From a virus (Duplodnaviria; Caudoviricetes): a stretch of 59,988 nucleotides of DNA. Positions 30,709 to 40,635 of the stretch are shown here, piece after piece. Location of the stretch: IMG/VR virus record IMGVR_UViG_3300025276_003682, positions 1-59,988 of that record; one strand, written 5' to 3'. The first letter of the stretch is position 1, and the number at the start of each line of letters is the position of its first letter. The position numbers and the translations under genes were made by a program. The notes beneath the pieces are model-generated. The model worked only from the letters and a program-made list of their open reading frames with translations. It did no database searches and had not been told where the DNA came from.

Positions 30709-32255
30709 TGTCTAAAAAAGGAAAAGATAAGCCTCAAGGCCAACCTCAAGATGTTATAGGAGGTGGGATAGATGGAAGTGTAGTCGAGCAACTTATTGCA
30801 CGTGAAAACCTTATAGCTTCTACAAAGAGAGATAACAACCATTTACTATTCTATAATAGTAACGGTGCATGGGCAAGGATAGTATCTAGTATTAACACAA
30901 TAACTAAAGAAGAGACAGAAGCATTAGCAACAGGAGATAAAACAATAAGTGACGTAGTAGGTAACAAAAACTTAGCTTATAATAATGTAATAATGGGCGG
31001 TACCGTTAAACAAGGTACTGCTAACGAACCTACTTCAATAGGAGGAGGAGTTAATCAATCAAAACATAGTCCAATAAATATTGATATGGACGGCTACGCT
31101 TCTAGTGGCGATACTAAAGACAGTGCTTACCACAACTATGAGAGCTTAGGACATAGACCAACACCGGGGATTAATTCTGTCTCCGTTAAATCTAAAGGTA
31201 CTTACGGTAGTTTAAGAGAAGCAGAAGTAAACGTAACCGTATGGACATTGGAGGACTTAGAGATGATGCAAGCTCTATACCTACGTCCCGGCTTTACCAT
31301 ACTACTAGAATGGGGGCACTCACTTCAATTAGATAGTAAATCCGGAGAAGTTATAAAAGATATTCAGTACTATAGAAAGTTTTTAAGAAATAAGGTACCA
31401 AAAAAGACTATACAAAATGACTTAAAAGAAATTGCTTTTGATTCAAGTTACAATTACGACTCAATGGCAGGTTATATTTCAAACTTTAACTGGACCTTCA
31501 GAGAAGACGGAGGATACGACTGTATGATTAAAATTATTTCATCAGGTACAGTTTTGGAATCAATAGCAGTTACTTTCGATACTTCAAACGTTTATCCACC
31601 CGATCAGTTGGAAAGTTGGAAAAAAGATAAAGGGAAAAAAGAAAGAAGATCTATTTACCATAAACTTTTTGTAGAACTTGAACACCTAGTAGGTGATCCC
31701 GATTCATCGGTACAGGAAATTACACAAAACGTTGTAGACTTTACTCAATCTGTAGGGGATGTACAAACAGCAGCAGCATTAGCATTAGCAACAGGTAATA
31801 CCGATTTACTTGTAAGTGCATCCGCAGAAGCAGTAGAGGACTTTACTGAAATATTTACAGGAGATGATGAAGCAGCATTCGAGGACTTACAGAACGTGAA
31901 AACCTCTACAGGAAGAGCTCTACTAAAGGATACGACTTTTAAAGCAAAGTACGATAAAGTAGTAGGAGGAGGATCATTAACATATAAAAATACATCCTAT
32001 ACCTGGACTAAAGAAATGCCACTGTCTCAATATAGTGAAAATAAAGTCGTACCCTACTTAGAAGAAAAATTCGGTATGTACGGACTTAAGTTTACAAAAA
32101 CAGGAATTGGGAACAATGTAAACATAACAGTAAAAGGAGATGCATCTAGATCACAAGATTTTGACCTAAATACATTAACATCTCCAGGCTCTAGAAAGGA
32201 GACCTACGATATAATGGACTTTATAGTTGAAAATGGTAAATTACCGGGTAATTAA
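30708..32255 (+). CDS. Baseplate hub-like protein, N-terminal module
   Basis: RPTPGINSVSVK..G.LREAEV, LYLRPGFTILLEWG and NFNWTFREDGGYDC. Follows the LysM wedge gene. Confidence 0.65.
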   Translation: MSKKGKDKPQGQPQDVIGGGIDGSVVEQLIARENLIASTKRDNNHLLFYNSNGAWARIVSSINTITKEETEALATGDKTISDVVGNKNLAYNNVIMGGTVKQGTANEPTSIGGGVNQSKHSPINIDMDGYASSGDTKDSAYHNYESLGHRPTPGINSVSVKSKGTYGSLREAEVNVTVWTLEDLEMMQALYLRPGFTILLEWGHSLQLDSKSGEVIKDIQYYRKFLRNKVPKKTIQNDLKEIAFDSSYNYDSMAGYISNFNWTFREDGGYDCMIKIISSGTVLESIAVTFDTSNVYPPDQLESWKKDKGKKERRSIYHKLFVELEHLVGDPDSSVQEITQNVVDFTQSVGDVQTAAALALATGNTDLLVSASAEAVEDFTEIFTGDDEAAFEDLQNVKTSTGRALLKDTTFKAKYDKVVGGGSLTYKNTSYTWTKEMPLSQYSENKVVPYLEEKFGMYGLKFTKTGIGNNVNITVKGDASRSQDFDLNTLTSPGSRKETYDIMDFIVENGKLPGN

Positions 32256-32261
32256 AAAATT

Positions 32262-35150
32262 ATGGCTAGTACGTATACACAAAAGGGACTTAAATACTTA
32301 AATACTACACCTAAGATAGTAGAGCAACTACCGTCTAGTGAAAAACCTAACGCTATAAATATATGCAAAAGCCTTAAATCCGCAGGATACACTAAAGCAG
32401 GAGCACATGCTGTGTTATCTAATGTAGATAGAGAGAGTTCATTTAACCCAGAAAAATTAGAAAGAGTAAGCTCTACCGCAGGATACTCAGCTTCTAGTGA
32501 CATAGGTGGAAAAGGGGGTTATGGGTTAATACAGTGGACTGCTTCCAGGAGAAGAGGACTAGAAAAAGCAGCTAATTACGATAAATCAACTAGAGATAAA
32601 TTAGATTTCCAAATCAAGTACTTAGTAAAAGAAAAGAAGGGTAAAGCTATTGCAAGTATTCTTAAAAGTGAGACTAATCCCGTAATTGCATGTTTAGAGT
32701 ACCTGTTTCTAGATGTTAGATCTGGATCAGCAATACGTTTTAGAGATGCAGCCAAAGCAGACAAAGTACCTGGAACCGACGAAATAAAGAGAGTACAGAG
32801 AAGGGTAGATTCTATTTGGAGAGTTCAAAGTATAGTAGATGAAGTCTACGGCGGCAAGTTAACAGACTACCCTACAGGCAATACCCCTACAGAACAGGGT
32901 ACAGGAAACAGCGCTAACAGTTCACCTAACTCTACTACACCTACAGATCCAGATAAAGTAAATCAAGATAGTAATACTAAGCAGAGTTCTGGAGAGATTC
33001 CAGCTAGTGATCGAATACCAATATACACTATAGATAGCTTTACTAGAAAACAAGCAGAGCATTTTAAAAAGACATTAAATGGGTTTGTAGCATTCAGATT
33101 AGAGTCTATAGAAGAAAAAGACACAGGTACTTTTGATAACGATGATTTAAATGAATACTGGATACCCATGTATGTTATGTTGGACATCTACAACCAGTAT
33201 ATCAGCTTAATAGATGCCACAGCAGAACCGGAAAAAGGGACTAATACACCTGGTCGTAAACTAACAGAGTTTTATACCGGATATCAAGATGAAGATGACA
33301 GCAAAAAAGAATACCAAAAAGAATGCAAATTTCTTACAAACGAAATGCACTTTTCTATTGACCCTATGGTATGTGTACTTCCGAGGTCTGTGGATAATAT
33401 AAAACTTTATGACTCTAAGAAAATAATAATACCGTGGAGAGATCCTATGTTAGGATTTGACACTACTTCTTACGCTCCTGGACTACTATGGAAAAATGGC
33501 TTTCATAAAAATGTAGCAGAAGCACTAGAACGAGGACTAATGAGAGGAGGTACAGATGATGTACTGAATATACTTGTCTCTTGTCAAATGTTACAACAGG
33601 AATTAGATAAAATTATCTCCAGTAATAAGGATTCAGATCAAAACGAGGGTAATGATATGGTTTCTTTCCTAAATGTACTTTTAAAAGCAGTAAACGAGGC
33701 ATTAGGAGGAATAAATGATTTAGAAACTATATACAATGAACAGGATGATATGTTCTACATAGTAGATCGAAAAGTAACACCTCCTCTACGTAACATACTT
33801 CCAACTATAAGCCTATCAGGAGTAGGTTCCACAATTACTAAGCTGAATATATCTAGTAAGATCAGTTCAAATATCGGTAGTATGATATCGATCGCAGCTC
33901 AAGGTACAGGAGGACACACAAAAGATAATATAGCACCTTTGTTAGAATGGAATAGAGGTTTATTGGACAGGCACATAATACACAAAACTCAAAAAAATAC
34001 AGAGGATAACAAACAAGTAAAGGAAAATAGAGAAACACCTGAAGATGCAAGATTAAAGAAGTGGACACTTGCTTACTACGAGTACTGGCAAGAGATTAAT
34101 GGGGAAAACTGGTTTGACAATGGAGATTACGACCGATCAGCAGTAGCAAATATAAAAGGATACCATAAAGAATGGTGCCAGAAGTGGGTTGTTGAAAAAA
34201 GAAGTAAGTCAAAAGACAGTCCTTTACCGGCTCCCGGAGTAATTCCAGTAGAACTTTCTTTTACAACTATGGGAATAGGAGGATTAAAAATAGGACAAGC
34301 ATTTTTAGTTACAGAAGGTATACTACCGTTCCAGTACTCAGAAAATTTTGGATTTATTATAACCGGGTTGTCACATAATATTGCTGAAGGTAAATGGACA
34401 ACTGATGTTAAGACACAATTCTACTCAACTCGACCTCCAACCCCAGAAGAAATAGCATTCTTTAACGAAAAACATAATTCAGAAGCAGCACCATATCAAA
34501 ATACAAATTCAAGTTCTTCAACTTCAGGAGGAAGTTCAGGAAATGTAGTTGTAGAAGGAACACCTTGGGAAGCAGCTCCAGATATTTACATACCGGCAAA
34601 TCAAAGAGTTACTTATCGAAGTAATATTACAAAGCAGAAAAGACCTGTTCCAGTTCAAAAACAATTGATGGACATATTAGCACAAGCTGCAGAAGAATGT
34701 GACGTAACAATAAGTATCTCATCAGCTGGTAATGTACCAAGACCACAACGTGCAAATTCACTATTTACAGGACCCGGTGTGAACAGTAAGAATTCATTAG
34801 GAAGTAATAGACATGATAATGGATTCGCAGCAGATTTTGCTATATATTATCAAAAACAACAGCAAAACGTTGCAGAATCTGTGACACCGAAAGCAATGGA
34901 GTATTTTAAAGCTATTAGAAGATTAGGAGTGCAGAGTATAGGTACAGGAGCAAATTATATGAAGGGTACATCTACTCACGTAGATATAGCAGGTGGAAAT
35001 TCAAGAACAGGAACAATTAAGACCAACTTTACAGCTCCAGGCAAAGGACCGGTATCTTCATGGTTAAGGCAATTTATGAAAAATACAAGAACTGCAAATA
35101 ATGCTCCTACCGGAACATTTGGCGGAAAGACACTTAAATTAGTAGACTAA
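32262..35150 (+). CDS. Baseplate hub / tail-associated lysin with N-terminal tail-lysozyme domain and C-terminal M15-like peptidase
   Basis: N-terminal AVLSNV.RESSFNP...GYGLIQWT..RR..L...QIKYL. Hub-like IPVELSFT..GIGG.K.GQ.F...ITG.SH.I....W.T. C-terminal SNRHDNGFAADF...HVDI (H-x6-D...H zinc motif). Confidence 0.7.
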   Translation: MASTYTQKGLKYLNTTPKIVEQLPSSEKPNAINICKSLKSAGYTKAGAHAVLSNVDRESSFNPEKLERVSSTAGYSASSDIGGKGGYGLIQWTASRRRGLEKAANYDKSTRDKLDFQIKYLVKEKKGKAIASILKSETNPVIACLEYLFLDVRSGSAIRFRDAAKADKVPGTDEIKRVQRRVDSIWRVQSIVDEVYGGKLTDYPTGNTPTEQGTGNSANSSPNSTTPTDPDKVNQDSNTKQSSGEIPASDRIPIYTIDSFTRKQAEHFKKTLNGFVAFRLESIEEKDTGTFDNDDLNEYWIPMYVMLDIYNQYISLIDATAEPEKGTNTPGRKLTEFYTGYQDEDDSKKEYQKECKFLTNEMHFSIDPMVCVLPRSVDNIKLYDSKKIIIPWRDPMLGFDTTSYAPGLLWKNGFHKNVAEALERGLMRGGTDDVLNILVSCQMLQQELDKIISSNKDSDQNEGNDMVSFLNVLLKAVNEALGGINDLETIYNEQDDMFYIVDRKVTPPLRNILPTISLSGVGSTITKLNISSKISSNIGSMISIAAQGTGGHTKDNIAPLLEWNRGLLDRHIIHKTQKNTEDNKQVKENRETPEDARLKKWTLAYYEYWQEINGENWFDNGDYDRSAVANIKGYHKEWCQKWVVEKRSKSKDSPLPAPGVIPVELSFTTMGIGGLKIGQAFLVTEGILPFQYSENFGFIITGLSHNIAEGKWTTDVKTQFYSTRPPTPEEIAFFNEKHNSEAAPYQNTNSSSSTSGGSSGNVVVEGTPWEAAPDIYIPANQRVTYRSNITKQKRPVPVQKQLMDILAQAAEECDVTISISSAGNVPRPQRANSLFTGPGVNSKNSLGSNRHDNGFAADFAIYYQKQQQNVAESVTPKAMEYFKAIRRLGVQSIGTGANYMKGTSTHVDIAGGNSRTGTIKTNFTAPGKGPVSSWLRQFMKNTRTANNAPTGTFGGKTLKLVD

Positions 35151-35151
35151 T

Positions 35152-35814
35152 ATGTACTTACCTAAATCACAGTATAAACTAACTGATATGAGCGAACTAC
35201 CTGGAAATGTAGTAGCTTTGCTAAATCAAGCAGGAGAATTAATAGAATCAAATAAGAAAATAGTTTTAACAGCTTACGGAACTATCTTCGACACAGTAGG
35301 TATTGATTTTGACAAAGGAGATTTTTCTAAAGCAAAAAAACTTTTCATACAAAAATCAGATGAGGAGTTTGATAGAGATACAGAAGATAACCCAACACTC
35401 TCTTCTGATTCAAATGCAAAGTCTCTGAAACTACCACCAACAACAGCAGACAGAAACAAAGGAGTAGTTAAGAGATGTTTCTACTACAACAAATGTACAG
35501 GTAAAGCATCGGAGATATCTAAACCTCAGCTAAAAAATTTATCTATAAATAAAGACCACTGTACTGTATTGGCTATAGCTGATTGGTATATTAAGGGTTC
35601 CGCTAAAGATCGAACTGTGAATGGGTATTTTCTAGAAGGTTTAGAAACTGTTAATAATAAGACTATACAGGAAATTAAAAAAACGATTCCGGTGATAGAA
35701 GCATTAATAAAAAGTCCTTTGGAATACGTAGAAGACATCTTTATACCTACATCTACAGAATATAAACCACAAATAAACGATATTGTTATACCTTCCCCAG
35801 GAAAAGAGTTGTAG
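35152..35814 (+). CDS. Hypothetical protein (220 aa), end of baseplate operon
   Basis: Starts 1 nt after the upstream stop, MYLPKSQY. Confidence 0.7.
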   Translation: MYLPKSQYKLTDMSELPGNVVALLNQAGELIESNKKIVLTAYGTIFDTVGIDFDKGDFSKAKKLFIQKSDEEFDRDTEDNPTLSSDSNAKSLKLPPTTADRNKGVVKRCFYYNKCTGKASEISKPQLKNLSINKDHCTVLAIADWYIKGSAKDRTVNGYFLEGLETVNNKTIQEIKKTIPVIEALIKSPLEYVEDIFIPTSTEYKPQINDIVIPSPGKEL

Positions 35815-35856
35815 ATACGAAATATTTTCGTATATTATAATAAAGGTTACAAACAA

Positions 35857-37182
35857 GTGTTTTATATATTAGAATCAAAAGATCAAATCGACTGGTTGGA
35901 AAACCAAACTAATTCTCCTCTATACGTAGATGTAGTTAGTACAAATTTCTATTACCACTCTAAATTAACTTCAACAGTAGGAGTATACATTAGAGTTGTA
36001 GGAGACAATCAAGGGTACTTCATTCCTATCTCTCATGAGGATGGATTGAATGTAGAAAAAGAACGTATCTGCAACATTCTTAATAAAGCACAAACACTTT
36101 ATACTTTAAATAAGAAAACACTTCTATATCACTTTAATCTACAGAGAGCTATAGACATATCTTTAGTTTATTCAATGAGTAATTATAAGAGATTAGAATA
36201 CTCTATATCAAATACAACTATTGACTGGTATTATAGAACCCACAGTGAAAATCCTAACATTAATAGAATAGTTCCCATAGTTAAACTCTACCAGAGATCT
36301 GAAAAGATATTCGATCAGATAGAGCAATACCTGGAGTTACCAATACCAGATGGATTCGACTTCTATAATAATATGACTACAAATGTGTTCTTCTTACTGG
36401 AACAGAACGGTGTAGGTACAGTGTACGATGCATTTAATGAGTTGTTTAAACCGAAAAATCCATTATATAATACAGAAAATAATAGAGTATATACTGAATA
36501 TAACCTATATAATAATACATCTAGACCGACAAATACATTTAACTCTGTAAACTTTGCTGCGATACCTAAGACACCAGAACATAGACAATGTTTTAAACCT
36601 CAGAATGACTTTTTTGTAGAGTTTGACTTCGACGGATATCATTTAAGGCTTCTAGCAGAACAGTTAGATTATCCGCTAACTAATGAATCGGCTCATAAGC
36701 AGTTAGCTAAACAGTATTTTGGTAAGCAAGATATATCTGAAGAAGAGTATAACAGAGCTAAACAGATTAATTTTCATGCCATATACGGGAAGATACCAGA
36801 AGAGCATAAAAATCTTAAAATATTTAAAGAAGTACAGGAGTATATAGATGCTATGTGGAAGAGTTATACCGAATCAGGGTGTGTTTGGAATCCACAATCA
36901 GGAAAAGCATTTACAACTAAACTTCAAGATATGAATCCAGCTAAGTTAATGAATTATATGATGCAATCGTTGGAGACCTCAAATAATATCATTATATTAA
37001 AAGATATACTAAAGTACTTAAGAGATAAAAAATCATTTATAACGTTGTACACTTATGATGCGATTTTATTTGACTTTAGTAAAGAAGACGGTAAACAGAC
37101 TTTATCAGAGATACAAACAATAATGGAAAACCAGGGAAAATACCCGGTAAAATTTAAATATAGCACTAATTTAGTGTTATAA
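35857..37182 (+). CDS. Short family A DNA polymerase-like protein (441 aa, GTG start)
   Basis: TSRP.N.F..VNFAAIP, motif A EFDFDGYHLRLLA, motif B RAKQINFHAIYG and motif C YTYDAILFD. The exonuclease domain looks degenerate and the thumb shortened. Confidence 0.8.
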   Translation: MFYILESKDQIDWLENQTNSPLYVDVVSTNFYYHSKLTSTVGVYIRVVGDNQGYFIPISHEDGLNVEKERICNILNKAQTLYTLNKKTLLYHFNLQRAIDISLVYSMSNYKRLEYSISNTTIDWYYRTHSENPNINRIVPIVKLYQRSEKIFDQIEQYLELPIPDGFDFYNNMTTNVFFLLEQNGVGTVYDAFNELFKPKNPLYNTENNRVYTEYNLYNNTSRPTNTFNSVNFAAIPKTPEHRQCFKPQNDFFVEFDFDGYHLRLLAEQLDYPLTNESAHKQLAKQYFGKQDISEEEYNRAKQINFHAIYGKIPEEHKNLKIFKEVQEYIDAMWKSYTESGCVWNPQSGKAFTTKLQDMNPAKLMNYMMQSLETSNNIIILKDILKYLRDKKSFITLYTYDAILFDFSKEDGKQTLSEIQTIMENQGKYPVKFKYSTNLVL

Positions 37183-37202
37183 ATCAGCACAACTATTTAT
37201 AT

Positions 37203-37655
37203 ATGATAACAACAACTAATACACCAAGGTTCGATTACGATATAGAACCTATTTTTACCAGCGACGATATGAGCAATAAGCTGTTTTGTACCTTTTCGAC
37301 AGAAGAAGGACTTGAAGAGGTTTTAACATCAATTCAAGATAGATACAAAATTATATATAATAAAATATTTGTACTGTATTCTAAAAGTCAAGATGAATAT
37401 ATGTGTACATATAATGTAGATTTTGGAAATGTAGGAGCTTTTATAGATAACACTATACTAGTACATAGAAAGAAAGAAACTAATACTCTTTATACTATTA
37501 ATGCCTTAAACACATTAATTAAAGAACTTAACGGCGGTACATTAGATACTAGCTATAGAATAAACTGGCCTGATTATCGCAATTGCGTACTTCTTACTAA
37601 AGGTCCGGAACTCAAAAGAGTAAACACAAAGTTATATAAAATTATTGAGCTTTAG
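37203..37655 (+). CDS. Conserved-looking hypothetical protein of the replication module
   Basis: NKLFCTF and ILVHRKKETNTLYTINALN. The true start may be the later Met (MSNKLF). Confidence 0.7.
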   Translation: MITTTNTPRFDYDIEPIFTSDDMSNKLFCTFSTEEGLEEVLTSIQDRYKIIYNKIFVLYSKSQDEYMCTYNVDFGNVGAFIDNTILVHRKKETNTLYTINALNTLIKELNGGTLDTSYRINWPDYRNCVLLTKGPELKRVNTKLYKIIEL

Positions 37656-37714
37656 TTGGCTCTTTGATTTTTTATTCCTATATTAATAATAAGTTATAAT
37701 TTAAAATCAGTTAT

Positions 37715-38521
37715 ATGGATATCAATGCAATCAGAGCTAAACTAGATGCTCTTAACTCTAATGGTCAGGAGAGAGAAAAAACAGACTACACTAAAATCTT
37801 TTGGAAACCAGAATTAGGTAAACAGACAATACGTATTGTACCGTCTGCATCTGATCCTTCTTTTCCCTTTAAGGAGTTAAAATTTCACTACGGAATTGGT
37901 AAATTTCCAATGGTAGCACTTTCCAATTTTGGCAAGCAGGACCCTATTGAGGAATTTGTTAAAGAGTTAAGAAAGACAAGTGATAAAGACAATTGGTCAT
38001 TATCGGGAAAGATCTCACCTAAAACTCGTATTTTTGCACCAGTTATAGTAAGAGGAGAAGAGGATAAAGGAGTCCGATTATGGGGATTCGGAGTAACAAT
38101 CTATAAAGCATTACTTGCTTTAGCAGAAGATGAAGATATTGGGGACTTCACAGACGTAATAAACGGATGGGATATGGTAGTAGAACAACAAAAAGGTAAT
38201 CCTTACCCTGAAACTACTGTTAGAATTAAACCAAAACAAACTCCATTATCAGATAACAACGAACATGTAGATACTTGGTTAAAGACTCAACCTAACCCGG
38301 TAGAAGTACATACCCAGTATGATTACGAGTTTATTAAGAAGAAACTACAAGCATATTTAGATCCAAATGCAGTAGAAGAGAGTAATGATACTCCGAGTAC
38401 TACTAAAGAGGATAAACTGCCAGAAAGCTTAGGTCAACAAAAAACAGACTTTACTTTGGAAACAGCTACGGCTGGCAACAAAGACACAGTTAGTAAATTT
38501 GATGACTTATTCAACGAGTAA
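37715..38521 (+). CDS. Single-stranded DNA-binding protein (gp32-like)
   Basis: FWKP..GKQTIRIVP, PF.E..FHY, GVRLWGFG and acidic tail FDDLFNE. Precedes recA. Confidence 0.8.
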   Translation: MDINAIRAKLDALNSNGQEREKTDYTKIFWKPELGKQTIRIVPSASDPSFPFKELKFHYGIGKFPMVALSNFGKQDPIEEFVKELRKTSDKDNWSLSGKISPKTRIFAPVIVRGEEDKGVRLWGFGVTIYKALLALAEDEDIGDFTDVINGWDMVVEQQKGNPYPETTVRIKPKQTPLSDNNEHVDTWLKTQPNPVEVHTQYDYEFIKKKLQAYLDPNAVEESNDTPSTTKEDKLPESLGQQKTDFTLETATAGNKDTVSKFDDLFNE

Positions 38522-38523
38522 AT

Positions 38524-39597
38524 ATGGCAAAACAGAGAAAAGAAGTAAAAGCAGCCGCATCCGCGGCAGTAAAGAAGGGCTTTAATTTAGGTAATTTTAA
38601 GAAGAAGAAAGGCTTCTCTAATGCATCTGTAAAGTTTAAAGAACAGGGATGGATTCCTTTATCGAAAGCATTCCAAGACATAACTTCATTACCGGGTATT
38701 CCTACAGGACATATTACCCTACTAAGAGGTCATAGTGATACAGGAAAAACAACTGCTCTATTAGAAGCTGCAGTTAATGCACAAAAGCAAGGTGTTTTAC
38801 CGGTATTTATTATCTCAGAGATGAAGTGGTCATGGGAACATGCTAAGGAAATGGGACTAGAATTCACAGAGGTATTAGATGAAAACGGGAAAGTTACAGA
38901 CTACGAAGGTTTTTTCTTATATGCGGATAGAGGAACGTTAAACACAATTGAGGAAGTAGCTGTACATATGGCTGACTTAATCGATGAACAATCAAAAGGT
39001 AATTTACCTCATGATATGTGTTTCTTCTGGGATTCGATCGGATCAATACCCTGTGATTTATCAGTACGTTCTAATAAGAACAATAATGAATGGAATGCAG
39101 GAGCTATGTCTACTCAATTTGGTAATAACTTAAATCAAAAGATTTTATTATCTAGAAAAGAGAATTCACCTTATACAAATACGTTAGTAGCTATTAATAA
39201 GGTATGGACTATGAAACCAGAGCATCCTATGGGTCAACCTAAGTTGCAGAATAAAGGTGGAATGTCTATGTGGTACGATGCTACATTAGTAGTAACTTTC
39301 GGTAACATCACTAATCCAGGTACTTCTAAAATTAAAGCTGTAAAGAACGGTCTTCAAGTAGAGTTTGCTAAAAGAACGAATATACAGATTGAAAAGAACC
39401 ATATTGGAGGAGTGCAGTCAAGAGGTAGAGTTGTTATGACGTCCCATGGATTTATCGAAGATGATAAAAAAGCAATTGATAAGTATAGAGATGCACACAA
39501 AGAGCATTGGCTAAAACTAGTAGGTAGTATAGATTTCGACTTAATCGAAGAAGGAGACTTAGAAGAAGAAACTATAACTCCAAACATACTAGATTAA
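38524..39597 (+). CDS. uvsX: RecA/UvsX-like recombinase
   Basis: GIPTGHITLLRGHSDTGKTT Walker A, FFWDSIGS Walker B, KGG motif. Confidence 0.85.
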   Translation: MAKQRKEVKAAASAAVKKGFNLGNFKKKKGFSNASVKFKEQGWIPLSKAFQDITSLPGIPTGHITLLRGHSDTGKTTALLEAAVNAQKQGVLPVFIISEMKWSWEHAKEMGLEFTEVLDENGKVTDYEGFFLYADRGTLNTIEEVAVHMADLIDEQSKGNLPHDMCFFWDSIGSIPCDLSVRSNKNNNEWNAGAMSTQFGNNLNQKILLSRKENSPYTNTLVAINKVWTMKPEHPMGQPKLQNKGGMSMWYDATLVVTFGNITNPGTSKIKAVKNGLQVEFAKRTNIQIEKNHIGGVQSRGRVVMTSHGFIEDDKKAIDKYRDAHKEHWLKLVGSIDFDLIEEGDLEEETITPNILD

Positions 39598-40631
39598 TGG
39601 CTAAATACGATCAATTACTAGACGGCTTAAAAGAACGTCCTCCCAGAGAGTTGAATGACCATATACTGGTTATAGATGCTATGAATATGCTAATCCGTAG
39701 CTTTTCACTTCTTAAAGCAATGAACCCCGCAGGCCACCATATAGGTGGTCTTGTAGGCTTCATGCGATCCTTAGGATTTGTAACTCGAACTTTTGACCCT
39801 ACTAGAGTGGTTATAGTATGGGACGGTAAAGGTGGATCTGCTAATAGAAAAAATATAGACCCGAACTACAAAGCACAACGTGCTACATCGAGGATTACAC
39901 ACTGGGGCTTATATGATTCTAAAGCAGAAGAACAAGAAGCTCTAATCGGACAACTATTTAGGACTCAAGATTACCTTGAATGTCTTCCTGTACAGCAAAT
40001 ATCTATGGAGAAACTAGAAGCTGATGACGTAATAGCGTACATAGCTAAAAGAGCCTCTGCTTCTAATGTTAAGAAGTGTACAATAGTGTCCTCTGATAAA
40101 GACTTTTTACAGTTAGTAGACGATACGGTAGAAGTATATGCTCCTATAAAAAAGAAAGTATTTAAAGAAGATAATATCTTTGAAGAACTAAAAGTACTTC
40201 CTGAGAATTATAATTTAGTGAAGGCACTATTAGGGGATAACTCCGATAATTTAGCAGGAGTCAAAGGGCTGGGGATAAAAACGATAATATCGGAATTTCC
40301 AGACTTAGTTGATAAACCTAAAATGTCATTACAGTACGTTTATGATGTGTGTGCTGCTAAATTAGAAGACAAGAAATTTAAAAAGATCTTTCCTAAGATA
40401 ATAACAGAATGGGATCGTGTAGAAACTAATTTTAAATTAATGGATTTACATGAAACTTCGTTGGATACTAAAGAAAAAGATCATATATTAAATATAATAA
40501 AGAGTGACATTCCCAATCTACAATCAGGGGCATTTCTACATCTTTTAGATCAAGACAAGATCGAAGGGATAACTAAAAATACTGAAGGTTGGTTAGAGAA
40601 CTTTAGAGGGTTAACGGTTTTAAAAAAATAA
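39597..40631 (+). CDS. 5'-3' exonuclease / flap endonuclease (RNase H-like, PolI N-domain family)
   Basis: LVID, VWDG, YKAQR, EADDVIA, SSDKDFLQL and GDNSDNLAGVKGLG.KT. Confidence 0.92.
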   Translation: MAKYDQLLDGLKERPPRELNDHILVIDAMNMLIRSFSLLKAMNPAGHHIGGLVGFMRSLGFVTRTFDPTRVVIVWDGKGGSANRKNIDPNYKAQRATSRITHWGLYDSKAEEQEALIGQLFRTQDYLECLPVQQISMEKLEADDVIAYIAKRASASNVKKCTIVSSDKDFLQLVDDTVEVYAPIKKKVFKEDNIFEELKVLPENYNLVKALLGDNSDNLAGVKGLGIKTIISEFPDLVDKPKMSLQYVYDVCAAKLEDKKFKKIFPKIITEWDRVETNFKLMDLHETSLDTKEKDHILNIIKSDIPNLQSGAFLHLLDQDKIEGITKNTEGWLENFRGLTVLKK

Positions 40632-40635
40632 GGTT

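Noticed and set aside
32253-32261. Stop-codon readthrough or genetic-code reassignment
   Set aside because: The stop is TAA followed by a typical A-rich ATG context. TAA, TAG and TGA all terminate genes elsewhere, and coding density is high under the standard code.
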